Part shown: positions 38,462-47,929 of the stretch, one piece after another | How the letters are laid out: each line of letters starts with the position of its first letter | Numbering within the stretch: the first letter of the stretch is position 1 | Source: a virus | Taxonomy: Duplodnaviria > Caudoviricetes | Virus record (IMG/VR): IMGVR_UViG_3300048849_000134 | Span: 1 to 55,101 of that record | Reading direction: 5' to 3' (one strand) | DNA: 55,101 bases | Translations under genes and position numbers: made by a program | Notes under the pieces: model-generated | Databases searched by the model: none | What the model was told of the DNA's origin: nothing | What the model saw: the letters and a program-made list of their open reading frames with translations, nothing else

Positions 38462-38878
38462 ATGGTAATTACAAAAGAGAGTAACGGAACGGTTACGATT
38501 GATGGTAGCAACACACTTCTATTCACGAAAAACAAGGCTGGTTTCACCTTCAATGGCAGGGCTAGCTTAAACCTTACAAGGTGGACTGTATACGGAGCGG
38601 CTAAAGGCTTTATAAACCGGATAAAGCAGTCTTACATGCTTTTTAAATGGTTAGCTGACTAAGTTATGTGGAAAGAAATTAGACCTATCATAGATTTTCT
38701 GATAAACATCATTTGGGCAGCAAGTGCAGTCTACTTGTATTTGCATTACAAGCTTAGTATTGGTGAGTTTATGATTTTCATAGTACTACTTCTTAATTAC
38801 ATGCAGTCGAGTTGGAAAAGGCAAGACCAAAAGGATGTAGAGAAAGTAAGTGGAGGAAGTAGATCATTGATCGGGTAA
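38462..38878 (+). CDS. Two small proteins (38462-38662; membrane protein 38666-38878)
   Basis: ORFs after late promoter. Confidence 0.55.
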
Positions 38879-38881
38879 GTA

Positions 38882-39796
38882 ATGAACAACTATTACCTAA
38901 ACGGCAAAAACATAGCAGACTACGGGATCATTCCGGGTCAGTCAAATAACAGTAACCTAGCAATTGCTGGATGCTGGGATATGCCAGTCCGTACAGGTAA
39001 AACTTACCATGAATGGCCTGATGAAAATGGCATTGAACCATACCTCAGGGCAGATGAGATCTTCTTTGCAGGCCGGGATATAACATTTACGTTCTACGTC
39101 GCTGCAAGTGATCGTGAGACTGCTATTAAGAAGTGCTATGCGCTTTATGATGATATAAACAGCTTCACGGGGTTAGTGCCTTTTAGTTCCGACTTATACG
39201 GGTCATACAACGTGCAGGTTAAGGATGAGGTAAAGATTGAATACCTGGGATCTGGTTACTGTAAAGGTGTAATAACCATGCGAGAACCGATTGTAAACTT
39301 GACGGGTATCGCATTCGATACAGATTTTCAGAGGCCATCTATAGATGATTGCAGTCTGCAAAGTATGGGGTTCGCGATTGTATCAATGACCGATCAGTTT
39401 AACAGGCCTGGCGCAAAGCCGGCAGAGGTAACTGCATATGGATATGAGGGCTACAAGGTTGCGAAAACCGGCCCGCGCATATTCAACCTGGAACTTGCTG
39501 GATCGTTTGGCAGCTACTATGAATTCAATATGTCGATCCGTGGACTTGCTGCAATGCTTGCGAAACCTAATGCCCGGACACTGATCCATAACGGAATTAC
39601 TCGTGAGTTCTTTGCTAAAGATGGGTTTAAGCTGGACCGCATGCAGAAGGAAGGTGAACAGTATAAGTGTACACTTAAAATGGCTTTGACTGAGATCAGG
39701 GTGCTATCAACCTATAACCTATTCACGGACAATGCAGGTAATATACTAACAGATGGCAACGGGGTTCCGCTTGCTGAAATACTAAAAATGAATTAA
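38882..39796 (+). CDS. Distal tail (Dit-like) protein
   Basis: HEWPDENGIE..RDITFTF; two similar halves; follows TMP. Confidence 0.7.
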   Translation: MNNYYLNGKNIADYGIIPGQSNNSNLAIAGCWDMPVRTGKTYHEWPDENGIEPYLRADEIFFAGRDITFTFYVAASDRETAIKKCYALYDDINSFTGLVPFSSDLYGSYNVQVKDEVKIEYLGSGYCKGVITMREPIVNLTGIAFDTDFQRPSIDDCSLQSMGFAIVSMTDQFNRPGAKPAEVTAYGYEGYKVAKTGPRIFNLELAGSFGSYYEFNMSIRGLAAMLAKPNARTLIHNGITREFFAKDGFKLDRMQKEGEQYKCTLKMALTEIRVLSTYNLFTDNAGNILTDGNGVPLAEILKMN

Positions 39797-39978
39797 TGAG
39801 AATCACAAAGGCCGAGTTCGAAGCACTATATGGCGCTTCAATGTCAGATAGAGAGAAAGAAGAATTTATGAGCACTCAGGTAGTTATCCCATGTGACTGC
39901 GATTATGAAGGATGCAAGGGATGGCAGGTCATAGACAAGAATCTGTATGAGTTTGAAATCGACAACAACTTAAGATAA
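39796..39978 (+). CDS. Small Cys-motif protein
   Basis: PCDCDYEGCKGW. Confidence 0.6.
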   Translation: MRITKAEFEALYGASMSDREKEEFMSTQVVIPCDCDYEGCKGWQVIDKNLYEFEIDNNLR

Positions 39979-39983
39979 AAACA

Positions 39984-42221
39984 ATGGTGGGAGAAATTGT
40001 AGACGTACCAGGCACAAGAGATGTAACGCTGGATTTGCAGAAACGGACCTTTGTGAAGGCATCTGATCGTTTTCTGATGGTCAACCAGGAGACGAAAGAG
40101 TTGCAATATGTAACAGCTGATCAGATTCAAGGATCTTCAAATATGATGAGGGCCGACTCTGTTGGTGCGGTAGGTGACGATATTCATGATGATACGATTG
40201 CTATTCAAAATGGAATCAACGAATGCGCTCTACAAGGACTTCCATTCTATTTGCATAAACCTGCTGTCCGGTGGGTAATTGATCGGATCGTCGTTCCTGC
40301 TGGTGTAACAATAGTTACGGATGGATACGATACTGTGGTTAGGCATTTGCCGCAATCTCTAGCGGACAGACGTGCCATTGAAATTAGGGGGAGTAACGTA
40401 AAGCTTGGGGACTTCAAATTTTACGGTAATATTTCTACTGATATAAATGAGCAAAATCATGCAGTATACATTAGAGCGCAAACTGAATCATACGAAAACA
40501 TCGAAATAGGAAATATTTGGGGTTTAAATATTAGAGGTGATGTTTTGTACATCGGCGCTAGAAGCCCTTATAATGTTAACATCGTCAAAGTAGGGAACAT
40601 ATATGGATCAAACATTCTTAGAAATATAGTCTCTGTTACAGGAGGAAGTAATATTGACATACAATCAATAGATGGCGATAAGGTTGGCTCATTGGCATTC
40701 GATGTTGAGCCTGAACCAACTTATGCTCCAGTAGACAATGTCCATATCGGTTTTATACGTGGGCGAGGCGCTAACCTTGCTGCAGCATCTGCCATAAATC
40801 CAATTTCAAATGTAAGGGTCGATAAGATGGTGTTATCTCCCTCAATCCAGGCTCAAAGTGAACCTGCTTACTATCCTGAATTAGCTACAGGTCATGGCAT
40901 GGTTGTAAGAAACCTTTATTCGGCAAATATTGGCTATTTAGAGGCCTATGGGTTTAGTAAATGTGCAATATTCACCATTATAAACCCCGGCGAAATTGGA
41001 TGCAAAAGTCTTAGAATAGATTCAGTAAACATACATGATTGCAGTTTAATCGACGCTCAATATAATTCCTTTATTCAGGGTTCAGGTGGATCAATAGAGA
41101 TAGGTAGTGGGGTGATTAATGTTACAGGGCAAAAGTCAGGTATTTCTGGATTTGAAAAAGTTAAGATTTCAAGTTTAACCAGCAATCTAGGCTCAGCTAA
41201 CGATTTACTCATTAAAGGCGTAGACAAGGTTGATTTAAACCTGCTGGATGTTACTGGTTCAGGTACAATGTTAAGGTTTGTTACAAAAGGGGGCGATGTA
41301 AGAAACACAAAGCATGCGGGAACCTACGCAGCTACAGCTTGTAATAACTTATTGTTTTCAAACCTAGAAGCATCCGTTTCGGCAGATGTATTTGATGCGC
41401 AAAACAGAAATCATCAGGTGATTGCAAGTACCGTGAATGGCGTCCCGTACGCATTCGGCATTGATAACCCATTAGTGAATAGTATTGGTGCTTTGGATGC
41501 AAAACCGGCAAGCGTCAACGGTTTTACTATTGGCAATGATAATAAGCTCTATCCACAATCCGCATCTGCAACGAGACCTGGATTATTGAGTGCTGTCTTG
41601 CAGGTGATATCTGGAGTTAAAAGGTTCATGACAACCCTTGTGGCATCTGCAGGTATTGCACGTGGGACTACATTCGAACACGCATTAACAGCGTCCGCAA
41701 ATAACGATGTTATTGTTGGGGCATATTTCGGGTCCAACCTAAACAGCGGAGGATTTACAGGGGTAAAAACATACCAAATACAAGCTATCGGAACATCGCA
41801 GCTTAACTCCGATAATACAGGCAAGGTGTTTTTTGGGTCAGAAAGAGGGTTTCAATTTGGGACAGGCTTTGAACTTCGCGGAAGCGGCGCCATATGGAAT
41901 CCGGCCTCAAGCTCTTTTGGGCTTAGACTTGGTTTTGATGCTACATCGAATGTTCCTTCCCTTCAAGGATATCGTGAATCTGTCGGCGTCACCGACATTT
42001 TGCTCCAGGCGACTGGGGGCAACGTAGGTATTGGAGTTTCTGTAGCCACAGACAAACTTCATGTATCGGGAAACATAAGAGCAACGGGTCTGATTAATCT
42101 AGGTCAATTCACGACAGCAACAAGGCCAGTGTATAGCAAAGGAGCTCAGTTTTTTGATACCACCTTGAGTAAGCTTGTCGTGGGCGGAGCGTCGGCATGG
42201 GAAGTAGTTACATCAGCATAA
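39984..42221 (+). CDS. Tailspike / beta-helix depolymerase (pectate-lyase-3-like)
   Basis: GAVGDDIHDDTIAIQ; I/V-N-G-rich beta-helix repeats; C-terminal GNVGIG..DKLHVSGN. Confidence 0.8.
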   Translation: MVGEIVDVPGTRDVTLDLQKRTFVKASDRFLMVNQETKELQYVTADQIQGSSNMMRADSVGAVGDDIHDDTIAIQNGINECALQGLPFYLHKPAVRWVIDRIVVPAGVTIVTDGYDTVVRHLPQSLADRRAIEIRGSNVKLGDFKFYGNISTDINEQNHAVYIRAQTESYENIEIGNIWGLNIRGDVLYIGARSPYNVNIVKVGNIYGSNILRNIVSVTGGSNIDIQSIDGDKVGSLAFDVEPEPTYAPVDNVHIGFIRGRGANLAAASAINPISNVRVDKMVLSPSIQAQSEPAYYPELATGHGMVVRNLYSANIGYLEAYGFSKCAIFTIINPGEIGCKSLRIDSVNIHDCSLIDAQYNSFIQGSGGSIEIGSGVINVTGQKSGISGFEKVKISSLTSNLGSANDLLIKGVDKVDLNLLDVTGSGTMLRFVTKGGDVRNTKHAGTYAATACNNLLFSNLEASVSADVFDAQNRNHQVIASTVNGVPYAFGIDNPLVNSIGALDAKPASVNGFTIGNDNKLYPQSASATRPGLLSAVLQVISGVKRFMTTLVASAGIARGTTFEHALTASANNDVIVGAYFGSNLNSGGFTGVKTYQIQAIGTSQLNSDNTGKVFFGSERGFQFGTGFELRGSGAIWNPASSSFGLRLGFDATSNVPSLQGYRESVGVTDILLQATGGNVGIGVSVATDKLHVSGNIRATGLINLGQFTTATRPVYSKGAQFFDTTLSKLVVGGASAWEVVTSA

Positions 42222-42239
42222 ATACAAATAAACAATATC

Positions 42240-42620
42240 ATGGCATTATTTACAGAAAAAAGGACTCCATACGAATTTTTAGTTAGATGGGACGTTAATG
42301 GCGTTATTCAAGGTGCCCATATTGGCTTTTTAGATACCGTGCTAAAAGATGGCGAAGTGTTGACTCAAATTCCTTCGAATGTCGAGAGTGTTGCTGTCGG
42401 AGTTCAAAACGGGTTCCCTTTGGACGATGTATTAGATAAGGCGCTAAGTGATGCACTGACGAAAATAGACTTATTGGAAGAAGCAAACTCCGAAGTGATA
42501 GCAGAGAAGATTGAGCTTGCCGGTAGGATTGCCGATCTGGTCTTAGAGCTAGAAGCTGTTAGGGCTGAAAACGCGAAACTGCAAGAATCTATTAACCAAC
42601 TCCAAGCTGATCCTGCTTAA
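42240..42620 (+). CDS. Tail-associated hypothetical protein with coiled coil
   Basis: PYEFLVRW..GAHI; position. Confidence 0.65.
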   Translation: MALFTEKRTPYEFLVRWDVNGVIQGAHIGFLDTVLKDGEVLTQIPSNVESVAVGVQNGFPLDDVLDKALSDALTKIDLLEEANSEVIAEKIELAGRIADLVLELEAVRAENAKLQESINQLQADPA

Positions 42621-45600
42621 TGCTTAATTCGCTTCAAATATACCGTAACGATCAGCCGTACCTACTGATACCAATTGACGAGAAAACTGAGTTCTTCCAG
42701 GCTGTCATGGGTGATCACGTAATCACGACTCAATTCATCAGTCCGGTGCCGCTGGATATTGATGAGGGTGATTACATCCTGTTCCGAGGCGAACGGTTTA
42801 CAATCAATAGGCCATTGCCTCCATTGGATAAAACTAGCCTAACTGAGTTTACATACAATCTTACCTTTGAAGGGTATGTTTATGATTTACTGGATATGCC
42901 GTACATGCACTTGGGGTCACTGGAGTTTAGTTACTTCGGGACGCCTGCTATGTACTTGCAGATCCTTGTTGATTGTATGAACTCAATTAGCTCTGGATGG
43001 TCTGTCGGAGCGGTTGATGCACTCCCAGAACAGCCCCTTGACTTTTACGAGTCAGGCAAGGGCTTTTCATGCAAGGGTGCGCTGATCAAAATTGCCGAGG
43101 CGTTTAAACTTGAATTCTGGTTAACAGGCAAGACAATCAATCTTACCGCTCAGGCTGGGGTACTGACAAACCTTACCTTTGAATATGGCAGAGGTCGCGG
43201 ATTATACAAGATAAGCCGGGGCCAGATCAATGATACTGCATACTTCAACAGGCTTTATGTCCAGGGTAGTGATAAGAATATACCGTCTGGTTATAGAGGT
43301 GGTGCAAAGCGTTTACAGGTCGGCAATGATCCGTACCTTGAACTGCCATTAACGGGCGGTAAGAAAAGGCGCGCCAACTCGATTGTTATTGATGATATTT
43401 TCCCTAAACGCGTCGGAACAATTACAGCGGTCAGTGCCGATTGGCTAACCATTACCGATACCGCCATTGACTTTGATGTAAATGGTCAGCGTATCGATGG
43501 ACAAAAAGCGACAGTTGAAATAACAAGTGGAGAAAATGCTGGACAGTCTTTTGAGATTGATAGCTACGTTCATGCAACACGCACGATCAAGCTCCTGCCG
43601 CTGACTGAAACAGATGGATACGTGCGCCCAAATAGCACCTATAGTATTGCCGTAGGTGATAAGTATTTCTTTGCTGGAATCAATATGCCGCAGACTTACA
43701 TTGATGCAGCTGAAAAAGAGTTGCGGGATCGGGGCACTACCCTACTCAACACTGCAGCAAATCAACTCCCACCATATAGCGTTGAGGTATCAGACAAATT
43801 CATGCGCGATAACGGTATTACCGTAAACGCAGGTGATCGTGTTGGACTTAAAGATGCGCAGATCGGTGTAGATGCAAAGATTCGTGTTTCATCTGTCAGG
43901 TTCCCTTTGGTTGACCCGAACAACGTTCAATTGGTTATATCAGATGTTATTCCGCTGAACAATACCGAAAAGACAATAATTGATGTAGATAAGACGAAAC
44001 GCGATGTTGTTGTAACGACTAAAATAAGCGCAGAGAAAGCACGCAGAAACATGCTGGACATGCGTATGCTGAAAGATAAGATATTCGATCCTGACGGCTA
44101 TTTTGATCCGGAGAGCATTAAGCCGCTGAGTATTGATACTTACATGCTATCCGTTGGGGCAAAAGGTCAGAATTTCAGCTTAAACAACGTTACAATTGAC
44201 GCAAATACTGGAGGTGATCCGAACTACCTAACTATTTCAGGAGGTTCGCTTATTCACTATGAGGTTGAAACTCCCGGTCTTGGTTATGTATGGCAGATTT
44301 CCGCAGGAGAATTCCCGGCACTGGATCCAGCCAAAACATACTTTGTTTCCGCTAAGTGCTCCCGTAATGAGCTTGCAGGTATTTGGTCGGTAAGCGAGGT
44401 GCCGATTAAAACAGAAGAAGTTTCCGGCTTTTATCACTTTAATATCGGCATCCTGTTTCCTGTTGGATCAGATGGAACTCGAGGATTTGACTTCACTAAT
44501 GGAATGACCTTTATAGTTGGAGATCGGATCACAACCGGACGCATACAATCACTTGACGGCCTTAATTTCCTTGACCTATCGGCTGGAACTTTCAACCTGG
44601 GTGATGTATTGAGTGGATTGGATTGGAGTATTACCAATGAGGGGAAGCTAACTGTTCGCGGAGAGATCATTGCTACTGATGCACAGTTTATTAACCTTGC
44701 TGTTGAAAATCTTAAAACGGGTAAAGTAAAAATCACCGCCGAAAACAATAACATCATAATTGAAGACGGCGACAAAAACGCTATGATCATATTAGATGAT
44801 GATTGCGCCGTTGAGGGTTATACATTAAGTCCGGTTGATGGAGGTAGGCCCGTGATTATACCTGTTTATGGTCCCGGAGCTCGATTTGGATTGTCTCCAA
44901 ATAACTCATCTGGGTTTTCTTCAATAGGCAGGAAGGGGTTATTTACCAACGGAAAGTACACGGCTGGAGGCAACGGGAAAACGCTTGTTATGGATCATGA
45001 TGGATTCTCTACCAATTCAGGTAAGCGGACTTTGTCTGGTCAGTTTAGGCTTGCCCCAATACCAAACAACCCTGCGCTTACCGACAATAATGCGATGCTT
45101 GTTACAATTGAAAACGGGCTTATCGTTGGTTTTGAGGAATTAGTTGATGGAACTAAGCAGCCGATGACAGTTAATGATCCTACGAGCCTGCCCCCTGATA
45201 ACACCAATGATACGGGATATACGTCTGGAGACGGCGGAGGTGGCATTGATCCACCTATTCAGATTACACCGACGACCTTCACGGCCGCAAACTTCCCGCT
45301 TGGACTTGTGACAAAGAGGGGGCAAACATCAAATACCAATTATTCCGGTATACTCAGCACCCACGTAAAAAGGTTCACTATTGAGAACGATCTAAAGACC
45401 ACAACAACAAGGGTAAATGAAACTACCTTTAATTATACCAATGCTGATACGCAGGCAGCCTGGGCAAAAGAAAACGGACTCACTATTCACGGACATTGTT
45501 TATTGTGGGCAAAGGATGCGTATATCCCTCAATACATCAAAGACTATGAAACGGCGGGAACCCTGACAACCCAGCAATGGAATGACAAACTGAAAGACCT

Positions 45601-46291
45601 GATTCAAGCGCCAATCCTTCATTACAAGAATACTCCGTCTGTTTCTGGTGTCATTAAATCCTGGGATGTAGTTAACGAACCATTCCTTGAGGCTGCCGAC
45701 ATAGACACAACGGCTAGGGTAGTTTTCAAAAATTGCGTTTGGTTGCGCGTATTAGGTCCGGACTACATTAAGTTAGCCTTTCAATACGCCTATGAAGCTG
45801 ATCCAACTTGCATTTACTTTCTGAATGATTACGGTTGGGAGTACGGTTGGAAAAAGGTTGACGAAATGGTACGGCTTGCAACCGAGTACCAGGCTGCAGG
45901 TATTCCTATGCACGGTTGGGGGTTACAGTTGCATACTTACCTAAGTATGTCAAACAACGGCATAACAAGCAACTTGCAGCGCCTTGTTGATACAGGTTTG
46001 AAAATCCATATCTCCGAGCTTGCAATTCAGCTTCGCGAAGGTACCGTACCGAATCCGTTTGTATTAACACCAGCGCTTGAAGCCTCACAGGCGGCCAAGT
46101 TCGTGACCATTTTCAATGCGTTTAAAGCGATACCGTCCGAGCAGAAGTTCGGCATTACAACCTGGGGGATTATCGATTCAGGGTACTGGAAAGTGGTTGA
46201 TTCAGGCAATGCCGATTACCCGTTATTGTTTAACGATGACTTCACAACTAAACAGGGATACCGGGATGCGTTAACAGCAATACTTACATAA
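42620..46291 (+). CDS. Tail-tip (Tal-like) protein fused to C-terminal GH10 glycoside hydrolase
   Basis: N-terminal phage tail motifs (FEYGRGRGLY, GSDKNIP, DDIFPKRVG); P/T/G linker; ENDLK, IHGHCLLW, WDVVNE, NDY, GLQLH, ISEL, ITTWG. Confidence 0.9.
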   Translation: MLNSLQIYRNDQPYLLIPIDEKTEFFQAVMGDHVITTQFISPVPLDIDEGDYILFRGERFTINRPLPPLDKTSLTEFTYNLTFEGYVYDLLDMPYMHLGSLEFSYFGTPAMYLQILVDCMNSISSGWSVGAVDALPEQPLDFYESGKGFSCKGALIKIAEAFKLEFWLTGKTINLTAQAGVLTNLTFEYGRGRGLYKISRGQINDTAYFNRLYVQGSDKNIPSGYRGGAKRLQVGNDPYLELPLTGGKKRRANSIVIDDIFPKRVGTITAVSADWLTITDTAIDFDVNGQRIDGQKATVEITSGENAGQSFEIDSYVHATRTIKLLPLTETDGYVRPNSTYSIAVGDKYFFAGINMPQTYIDAAEKELRDRGTTLLNTAANQLPPYSVEVSDKFMRDNGITVNAGDRVGLKDAQIGVDAKIRVSSVRFPLVDPNNVQLVISDVIPLNNTEKTIIDVDKTKRDVVVTTKISAEKARRNMLDMRMLKDKIFDPDGYFDPESIKPLSIDTYMLSVGAKGQNFSLNNVTIDANTGGDPNYLTISGGSLIHYEVETPGLGYVWQISAGEFPALDPAKTYFVSAKCSRNELAGIWSVSEVPIKTEEVSGFYHFNIGILFPVGSDGTRGFDFTNGMTFIVGDRITTGRIQSLDGLNFLDLSAGTFNLGDVLSGLDWSITNEGKLTVRGEIIATDAQFINLAVENLKTGKVKITAENNNIIIEDGDKNAMIILDDDCAVEGYTLSPVDGGRPVIIPVYGPGARFGLSPNNSSGFSSIGRKGLFTNGKYTAGGNGKTLVMDHDGFSTNSGKRTLSGQFRLAPIPNNPALTDNNAMLVTIENGLIVGFEELVDGTKQPMTVNDPTSLPPDNTNDTGYTSGDGGGGIDPPIQITPTTFTAANFPLGLVTKRGQTSNTNYSGILSTHVKRFTIENDLKTTTTRVNETTFNYTNADTQAAWAKENGLTIHGHCLLWAKDAYIPQYIKDYETAGTLTTQQWNDKLKDLIQAPILHYKNTPSVSGVIKSWDVVNEPFLEAADIDTTARVVFKNCVWLRVLGPDYIKLAFQYAYEADPTCIYFLNDYGWEYGWKKVDEMVRLATEYQAAGIPMHGWGLQLHTYLSMSNNGITSNLQRLVDTGLKIHISELAIQLREGTVPNPFVLTPALEASQAAKFVTIFNAFKAIPSEQKFGITTWGIIDSGYWKVVDSGNADYPLLFNDDFTTKQGYRDALTAILT

Positions 46292-46403
46292 CCTTATGAG
46301 CCTTTGCCATTGCCTGTATTTCTGCCTGAGTAGGCTTTGGATCATCTTTTTTACATCTAGTCAATGCCAGTAGTATTGCCGCGATTATCATTAAATTTTT
46401 CAT
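46284..46403 (-). CDS. 39-aa lipoprotein-like ORF (not in track)
   Basis: MKNLMIIAAILLALTR-CKKDD. Confidence 0.5.
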   Translation of the reverse strand: MKNLMIIAAILLALTRCKKDDPKPTQAEIQAMAKAHKVM

Positions 46404-46472
46404 GATTAAATGTTGGCATAGTTCACGGCTCCTGCACCTCCTGCAATGGCTAATATGTACCAAAATACACAG

Positions 46473-46517
46473 GTAAGCTCGTATGCTTGAGCGTGGTAGG
46501 TGGTGTTTGTAGTTTCG
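46473..46517 (+). promoter_or_regulatory. Class B (late) promoter, GH10 gene
   Basis: GTAAGC 46473; TAGTTTCG 46510. Confidence 0.7.
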
Positions 46518-46533
46518 TGTAAACCCCTATACT

Positions 46534-47856
46534 ATGAAAAAATTAATCGAATGGCTAATGGCTTTCCTTGGGATCAAGAAGCCTACCCCTGAACCCGTAC
46601 AAGTGCCGGTTCCTGCCCCAGAACCAGCTCCTGTTGAACCAACTCCCGTTGAGCAACCAGTGCCCGATCCGGTTATCATCCCAATGCCACCAGCGCCAGA
46701 ACAGCCACCTGTTGAAGAAGAACCAGAACCATTACCGCCTGCTGCTGAAACGCCACCCGTATACATCCCGCCTGTTGTCGTTGAAGTACCTGTACCTGCT
46801 CCTCCTGTAATTGCGCCACCCGTTATTGCGCCCGTGCCTCCCGTTCCCGCACCGCCGGTAGTTGAACATGCGCCCCCGGTTATCAAACCACCCGTAGTTG
46901 TACAGCCTACCCCAATCAAAGAACCATCCCTCCTTTCATCACCAATTACCTGGGGCGTTGCATTCAAAGAAGCTGATCTATCCAATCAAACGGTAATTAA
47001 CGAAACCTATAAGCAGTTCAAATCAGTAACCGGGGAAAATAGCATGAAGCCCGGACACGTTCAGCCCTCGCAAGGTAAATTCGATTTTACCCACGCAAAG
47101 GCCTTGGTTAAGATTGCAAAAGCAAAAGGCATTCGCATTCATGGGCACGCCTGTTTCGTATGGCCTAGTCAAGAAAAGAACCTGCCAGCGTTTTGGCATG
47201 AGGCTGCAAAGGATAAGGCCACATACATAGCGCTGCTCAAGAATACCGTTCAAACAACGGTACGGGAGTTCAAAAATGACATTACATCCTGGGATATCAC
47301 CAATGAGGCGCACGATAATAACGGCAAGCCCCGCCCTTGTTATGCCCTCACTCACCTGGGCCCAACGTATCACGAGCAAATTGCAAAATGGATCCTTGAG
47401 GTACAGCCGTCCACAAAGCTATTCATGTCCGATTACGATTTTGAAACAGCAAGCAAGAAAGCGGGAGTTGTAATTGACTATGCGGGTACATTGGCACGTA
47501 AAGGATTGATCCATGGTATTAGCTCGCAGATGCACACAAACCTTAAAATGGATTACAAGACCTACAAGAAACAGTTGGACCGTATGGCTGCAGCTGGTCT
47601 ACTCGTACACCTGTCAGAACTGGATATCGCTTGCAAGCCAACTGAGGAAGCCCAAAAAGCAGCCAAATACAAAGAGATTGCGACAGGATTCCGTACCATT
47701 CCCGGTGCATTACAATACGGCATTACAACCTGGTCGCATACCAATGGCAAAAACTTCATGAACTACAAGAAAGTTCCGGCCCCGTATGCTCCAGCAATAT
47801 TCGATAACGACTTTAACGGCGGGTTAACCTTACCTGCTATCCTTGGAGTTGCTTAA
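46534..47856 (+). CDS. GH10 glycoside hydrolase with Pro-rich N-terminal stalk
   Basis: TGENSMK, IHGH, WDITNE, SQMH, LSELDI, ITTW; about 115 aa P/V/E-rich. Confidence 0.9.
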   Translation: MKKLIEWLMAFLGIKKPTPEPVQVPVPAPEPAPVEPTPVEQPVPDPVIIPMPPAPEQPPVEEEPEPLPPAAETPPVYIPPVVVEVPVPAPPVIAPPVIAPVPPVPAPPVVEHAPPVIKPPVVVQPTPIKEPSLLSSPITWGVAFKEADLSNQTVINETYKQFKSVTGENSMKPGHVQPSQGKFDFTHAKALVKIAKAKGIRIHGHACFVWPSQEKNLPAFWHEAAKDKATYIALLKNTVQTTVREFKNDITSWDITNEAHDNNGKPRPCYALTHLGPTYHEQIAKWILEVQPSTKLFMSDYDFETASKKAGVVIDYAGTLARKGLIHGISSQMHTNLKMDYKTYKKQLDRMAAAGLLVHLSELDIACKPTEEAQKAAKYKEIATGFRTIPGALQYGITTWSHTNGKNFMNYKKVPAPYAPAIFDNDFNGGLTLPAILGVA

Positions 47857-47876
47857 TGCCTTACCCGCTAGCCAAA

Positions 47877-47921
47877 GTAAACGCATGCCTTAAACATACT
47901 GAGGCGGGCTTCTTAACTTTA
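47877..47921 (+). promoter_or_regulatory. Class B (late) promoter
   Basis: GTAAAC 47877; TAACTTTA 47914. Confidence 0.7.
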
Positions 47922-47929
47922 GTTAATGG

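Noticed and set aside
39984-46291. Diversity-generating retroelement or invertible tail-fibre cassette
   Set aside because: No reverse transcriptase, template/variable repeat pair or invertase seen.
46527-46985. Gly/Thr-rich minus-strand ORF
   Set aside because: Antisense shadow of the Pro-rich codons of the GH10 gene.
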